Shown here one piece after another: positions 55,190 through 64,000 of a stretch of DNA of 64,000 nucleotides; within the stretch, counting starts at the first letter, position 1, and the number at the start of each line of letters is the position of its first letter. Made by a program: the position numbers and the translations under genes. The stretch covers positions 4,402,001 through 4,466,000 of the forward strand of contig OZ231126.1 in assembly GCA_965153355.1 (NCBI GenBank). The letters are read 5' to 3'. The stretch comes from Flaccisagitta enflata. Taxonomy: Eukaryota. The notes under the pieces are model-generated. The model saw only the letters and a list, made by a program, of their open reading frames with translations. It did not search any database and was not told where the DNA came from.

Positions 55190-56380
55190 ATGATTGTTTT
55201 CCTGGGAAGTTAACTGGTTGATTTGTTTTCCTGAGCAGTGTACTGATTGATTTGATTGTTTACCTTGGAAGTATACTGGTTGATTTGATTACCCCTATTT
55301 CCTGAGAAGTATACTGTTTGATTTGATTGTTTACCTTAAACGTATACACTGGTTGATTTGATTATTTCCTGAGAAGTATACTGGTTGATTTGATTGTTTA
55401 CCTTGGAAGTATACTGGTTGATTTGATTGTTTTCCTGAGAAGTATACTGGTTGATTTGATTGTTTACCTTGGAAGTATACTGGTTGATTTGATTGTTTAC
55501 CTTGGAAGTATACTGGTTGATTTGATTGTTTTCCTGAAAAGTATACTGGTTGATTTGTTTTCCTGAGTAGTGTACTGATTGATTTGATTGTTCACCTTGG
55601 AAGTATACTGGTTGATTTGATTGTTTACCTTGGAAGTATACTGGTTGATTTGATTACCCCTATTTCCTGAGAAGTATACTGTTTGATTTGATTGTTTACC
55701 TTGTACGTATACACTGGTTGATTTGATTATTTCCTGAAAAGTATACTGGTTGATTTGATTGTTTACCTTGGAAATATGCTGGTTGATTTGATTGTTCTCC
55801 TGAGAAGTATACTGGTTGATTTGATTGTTTACCTTGGAAGTATACTGGTTGATTTGATTGTTTTCCTGAAAAGTATACTGGTTGATTTGTTTTCCTGAGT
55901 AGTGTACTGATTGATTTGATTGTTTACCTTGGAAGTATACTGGTTGATTTGATTGTTTACCTTGGAAGTATACTGGTTGATTTGATTACCCCTATTTCCT
56001 GAGAAGTATACTGTTTGATTTGATTGTTTACCTTGTACGTATACTGGTTGATTTGATTATTTCCTGAAAAGTTTACTGGTTGATTTGATTGTTTACCTTG
56101 GAAGTATGCTGGTTGATTTGATTGTTCTCCTGAGAAGTATACTGGTTGATTTGATTGTTTACCTTGGAAGTTTGCTGGTTGATTTGATTATTTCCTGAGA
56201 AGTATACTGGTTGATTTGATTGTTTACCTTGGAAGTATGATGGTTGATTTGATTATTTCCTGAGAAGTATACTGGTTGATTTGATTGTTTACCGTGGAAG
56301 TATACTGGTTGATTTGATTGTTTTCCTGAGAAGTATACTGGTTGATTTGATTGTTTACCTTGGAAGTATACTGGTTTTTG
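55190..56380. repeat. 33-bp minisatellite with higher-order structure
   Basis: Unit GAAGTATACTGGTTGATTTGATTGTTTACCTTG and variant ...TTTTCCTGA. Confidence 0.95.
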
Positions 56381-56386
56381 ATTCAG

Positions 56387-56446
56387 GCGAGAATGAAGAA
56401 GGACAAAGCCCTCTTTGCGGAGCCATTGACTGCAAAACAATAGAAG
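56387..56446 (+). CDS. Candidate 60-nt symmetric phase-1 exon
   Basis: TTTTTGATTCAG| acceptor and AAG|GTAATC donor; GENEEGQSPLCGAIDCKTIE; in frame with the 54548 exon; unique sequence between two satellites. Confidence 0.55.
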
Positions 56447-56594
56447 GTAATCATTTCAACATTTTTGCCGCGGAAATCTGACGGCTGACCTTAGAGAGGT
56501 AGCAATTGGTACTGATTTCTGTTAAACTTGAATGCATCATTTTGGAAGTTCAAAGTGCTACAATTTGCGTCATAGACTTTTGACAGTAGAAAAT

Positions 56595-57116
56595 TGCTAC
56601 TTGCGTTTCAGACATTTGAATTTAGACTTTTGCAAGGTCAAATTCATGTTATTTGCGATTAAGACATTTGAATTTAGACTTTTGAAGGTCAAGTTTATGT
56701 TATTTGCGTTTAAGACATTTAAATTTAGACTTTTGCATGGTCTAATTCATGTTATTTGCGATTAAGACATTTGAATTTAGACTTTTGCAAGGTCAAGTTT
56801 ATGTTATTTGCATTTAATACATTTGAATTTAGACTTTTGCAAGGTCAAATTCATGTTATTTGCATTTAAGACATTTGAATTTAGACTTTTGCAAGGTCAA
56901 CTTCATGTTATTTGCGATTAAGACATTTAAATTTAGACTTTTGCATGGTCAAATTCATGTTATTTGCGTTTGAGACATTTGAATTTAGACTTTTGCGAGG
57001 TCAAATTCATGTTATTTGCGTTTAAGACATTTGAATTTAGACTTTTGCAAGGTCAAGTTCATGTTTTTTGCGTTTGAGACATTTAAATCTAGACTTTTGC
57101 AAGGTCAAGTTCATGT
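56595..57116. repeat. 51-52-bp minisatellite, about 10 copies
   Basis: Unit TTAAGACATTTGAATTTAGACTTTTGCAAGGTCAAATTCATGTTATTTGCG. Confidence 0.95.
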
Positions 57117-57200
57117 AAAAAACATCCAATTCTCGCAACCTCAGAGCCTCTCCTATATTTCATTTGTGCAACTGTGTATCAGCTCATAATGAAAGGTATA

Positions 57201-57790
57201 CTATCTAGAGCATAAGTATATCGCCAAAATAAGAATTAGTTATGTTATCAATATAGAATTCATCAAAAAATATTTATATTATGCCAAACTAATAGTGTTG
57301 CTCCCATAGACCTCAACCACTACCTGATTGTGGGTTTTTTGTACATTTTTAGACAAATTTTAAGTATGAATACATGATAGCTCTCCCCATCTTGGAAGCA
57401 ATTTTAGACTATTTCATAGTCAATATGGCGGGTTCCCTTGTGCTGTCATCTCTAACCAATATGTGTCGTTAAGCCAAGAAAATGAAATCGAGTCTTCAAC
57501 ATTGTCCTGAGGTCCAGATATAAGATTAAGAATACTCACATCTATCAGACAAATGACTTTATTTTTACAAGCAGAGATTGACAGAAAACTACATGAAATA
57601 TTTTGACCATATTTAAAAAGAGGTATCACTTTTGTTCTGCTTACCATTTCTAAACAACTTGAGCTAGAAAAATGAGATTGGTGGCATTTGGTCAGAAATT
57701 TGATGTAGTTTCAGAATCTCACTGATTTTTATATGATTTTTTCATTTTTGATGGAGTTATGGCTTGGCGATATTTTTATGCTCTAGATAG
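57201..57790. mobile_element. TA-flanked MITE; diverged relative at 57884-58468
   Basis: CTATCTAGAGCATAAGTATATCGCCAA / TTGGCGATATTTTTATGCTCTAGATAG with TA flanks. Confidence 0.78.
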
Positions 57791-58593
57791 TACATGCAAC
57801 ATGTATTTCGAGTGAAAAGGAATTCGACTCTTTCTGCATTTCCATTCAACCACTAGAAAATATAAAAGATGGATGCTAACATACTATATAGAGCATAAGT
57901 ATGTAGATAAGCGTTTATAATAATAACTTTGCTTAGAATAACAAATCTATATGAAAATCAATGAGATTCTAAAACTACTTCAAATTTCCGAGCTAATGCC
58001 GCAAACCGCATTTGTCTAGCTTAAGCTCTTTAGAAATGACAAGCAAAACAAAATTGATACCCCCAATAAAAAATAGCAAAAATATTGTATCAAGATTTCT
58101 GCTTTTAGTGTTAAAGTCATTCTTTAAACAGAGTTGAGGTTTTTTCATCTACTTTTATATCCCTGCTGTAAAACCAAACACTTGTCATATTTGCCTGCCT
58201 GATTCCAGCCCTATTCAATCATTTTTGTTGAAAACAAGGCTAAGGGGAGCACATAAATTGATTGACATAAATTATCTTAAACAATCTTCAAGGAAGGGAG
58301 AGTCATAATGCACTTATATGAAAATGTTTAAAAACCCATATTCAAAGATTAACTGTCATTTAAACAAGTAAAACGACATCTATAACATATTTGAAAGGTT
58401 TTTTTAAAAATAATTTTTGAATAAACTAGCCATTTTGTATACTGTCTACATACTTTTGGTCTAGATAGTGCAATGAAATAAAAAAATCCGCCAATCTATG
58501 ACTTCTTTAGGAAAAATGCAAAAACCGCGAATTTAAGGAATAATCAGTGTCCTGACTGTCCTCATAAAAACAACACCCACAGTCATTGAAATA

Positions 58594-58635
<42 letters not shown>

Positions 58636-58680
58636 ACATACTGACACACATACACAAACGCGCGCGCACACACACACACA

Positions 58681-58855
<175 letters not shown>

Positions 58856-58906
58856 ACTCACATATACATACGCACACACAAACACACAAACACACATGCA
58901 CACACA

Positions 58907-59002
<96 letters not shown>

Positions 59003-59089
59003 CTCTCTCTCTCACTTTGTTTCAATTGTTTGGGTAGATTTCCTTGGTTTCAGAGATTTTTTTGGTGTCATTTTGACATTCCATTCCGT

Positions 59090-59178
<89 letters not shown>

Positions 59179-60706
59179 TCACTTTGACGCGAATTTTTTG
59201 TCTCTTTTTGAGGGGGGACGGCTTCTAAAAAAAGAGGATCACTTTACCAGGGAAAGTTGCATTAAGAAATCCTACTAGTTATATGAAATTCCATCAGAAC
59301 TGATATGTCATTTATTCATTCATTCATTCATTCATTCATTCATTCATTCATTCATTCATTCATTCATTCATTCATTCTTCATTCATTTAGCCAATAATCT
59401 GTTTATTCATACATTCATTCCTTTATTCATTCATTCATTCATTCATTCATTCATTCATTCATTCATTCATTCATTCATTCATACATTCATTCATTCATTC
59501 ATACATTCATTCTTACAACCATCCATTCACTCATCCGCATGTTGGATGAATTAGTTTAGGAAGATCATTTGTGTGCCAACTGCTAATTGCTAATTAGTGT
59601 GAACAGCAATTAGCAACAGCTGTAGTATCAAATTTACAGCAACACAGACACGCGTACAGACCAACATTTTTGCGACTTTTCTAGAAACCATAACAAATTC
59701 TAAAATCATTACAGTTTTTTTCTCACAAATGTTGTTGAGACATTTTTGGCTGGAGTTTACTTTACACTCAGTGAACAAAACATAAATTCTATACATATCA
59801 TACAATTAACTTTGATCCAACTTGCTGATAATAAACAAAATCATGTATGCAACAACTGGTAGTTGAGATCACAGCTGGCTATTTTGTTACAAAACTGGAG
59901 CGATACAGTCAGCTACAATTCGAATAACCAATTATTGCAAACAACATTTTGTTTATTTATGCTGTCTATAATTACAATAACTGATTGTTGCATATAATAT
60001 TTTGTTTAAAACAAAGAAGTTGGATCAAAATCAACATTATAGAATATATACCGATTACCTTTTGTCCACTGACTGTGTACTTGTTAGAGATGCAGATGTG
60101 GTAGATTTTTGGACCAGCAAGACCAGCAAGAGCAAAAAAGAAATAAACAAGGCCAGATGGCAGATACACAATTACCCAATATCATGTGCAGGTGGGCTAG
60201 GGCAATGATATAAAAAGAATGTTTAGGCAGGAGCAGTAATGCAAAAACCGCCCATGAATCCCAAGAGAGTAAAAAAAGTTTGGCTGACTGACGGACTGAC
60301 AGACTGTTGGATGGTTGTAGAGTCGCGTGCATGCGACTAACAAGAAAAAAAGAAAGAAAGGAAACCGAGAAAATAAAGGAGACAGAAAGGCAAAAAGAGA
60401 AGTAGGAGGATGAGAAAGGAAGCTATAAAGAATGAAGGAAAGGAAGGGAGAAAGCAAAAGATGATAGATGTCCAAACTTTAAAGCATGATACTTAGAATG
60501 ACATTATGGTAGGTAATTTGAAAGAAAATAAAACATGAATTTAATGACGAGATAGACGAGTAGAATTTGAACATTAATGAATGAATTGAAAGATGGATAG
60601 AGTAGATAGAAAAAATGGGGGGAATGAGCCGCGCGTTTTTGATAAATCAATTCTTATTTTGTCTGAATAATTTGGGTTTAGATGGAACTGGCTCTTTACA
60701 CCACTA

Positions 60707-61443
60707 ACACCTGTCTGATATTTAGGCGAAAAATGTATAGCTATGGTTTACATAGTGAATATAGCTTTTGTAACATAAGATTTACACTGAAGATAGCTAT
60801 TTAGTGGTATTTTTGTGTGGTAAGAAGATTTAATTTTGTATGCCTTCCTATGGTGCTAAAATCAGCCATGATATCCTAATTACAATGTCAAATAATTACC
60901 GATTTTTCCCAGGTTTATGTTTTCAGGAAATGCCCTTCATTGCATGGCATTTAAACCACTCTGAGGGGTAAAAAATTGCAATTATGACAGATATTTTCAG
61001 GGAAGAACTTCAAAAGATGGGGAAGTGTCCAGTTTTTGGCGCTTAGGATGGGCAATGTTGAAGGATATGAAGTTTGAAAGGATGGAGAAACAAGGCCGGA
61101 TACACGGCTACCTTAGTCTTGTGCGGGTTGGCAGGGGCGGCTAAAAAAAGCAAAGTGTGACGGACTGACCGACAGACAGACAGACAGACAGACGGACAGA
61201 GTAGGTTGTAGAGTCGCGACTAAAAATTCAGCTCTGCAATTCCAACCCTTGACAATTTACTAGCAGTCACCATCTAAAGACAACCCCAGGACTCTAAAAG
61301 CTGTGACCATGGCATTTGGTGTTCAAAGTTCATTAATTAAAGCTCCTAAGTTCCATTGGAAAAGTTTTGGGACTTTTTATAGTAATCATTACACTTAGTT
61401 GTTACTTAACTAATTCTTTCCCGCCTGAATATCAGACAGGTGT
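60707..61443. mobile_element. TA-flanked TIR element
   Basis: ACACCTGTCTGATATTTAGGCG / CGCCTGAATATCAGACAGGTGT; removing it restores a unit of the neighbouring approximately 70-bp repeat. Confidence 0.75.
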
Positions 61444-61574
61444 TATACCATTTGGCTGGATGGTCTGTCCTTCATTCAAATGGTCCATTAGTACTGACTC
61501 TTAATACTGCGAAATCATTTTGCTGGATGGTCTGTCCTTCATTCATTCGGTCAATTGGTAGTGACTCTTTACAC

Positions 61575-62812
<1,238 letters not shown>

Positions 62813-63079
62813 TTTACACTACTACACCATTTGGCTGGATGGTTGTTCCCTCATTCAATAGGTCAATTGGCACTGACTCTTTATACTGCTATACCATTTG
62901 GCTGGATGGTCTGTCCTTTATTCAATTGATCAATTGGTACTTACTGCTTTTGAGTTGTATATCTGTTTCTTCAGAATTCATCTGAATTGATTTTTCAACC
63001 CTTTTTTTAAACACCTTTGAATCACTGCTCCTGACTGTCCGGCCTCTGCACCTGCCTGTCCAAAGTCTCTCTCTCTCTT

Positions 63080-64000
<921 letters not shown>

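Overview
Eukaryotic (metazoan-type, probably invertebrate) genomic DNA that is intron-rich and dominated by microsatellites, minisatellites and nested non-autonomous DNA transposons. Almost all ORFs in the supplied track are repeat artefacts. Gene content supported by manual splice-phase analysis: (1) the 3' part of a plus-strand gene (1-6011, six exons) encoding a divergent cytosolic ribosomal protein S2/uS5 C-terminal domain followed by a long non-ribosomal low-complexity tail; (2) four in-frame minus-strand exons (10548-8843) of an unrecognised protein; (3) two signal-peptide-like first exons (16901 and 54548) with candidate downstream phase-1 exons. The most unusual pattern is that splice junctions repeatedly act as seeds of tandem arrays: 46-, 74-, 84- and about 57-bp units copy exon edges together with their splice sites, and 22- and 33-bp arrays run up to acceptors. 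The rest is Helentron/HINE-like short elements, MITEs with TA, 4-, 5-, 8- and 10-bp target-site duplications (up to four levels of nesting), long foldbacks and a tRNA-derived SINE. All coordinates and copy numbers were read by hand and no searches were run.
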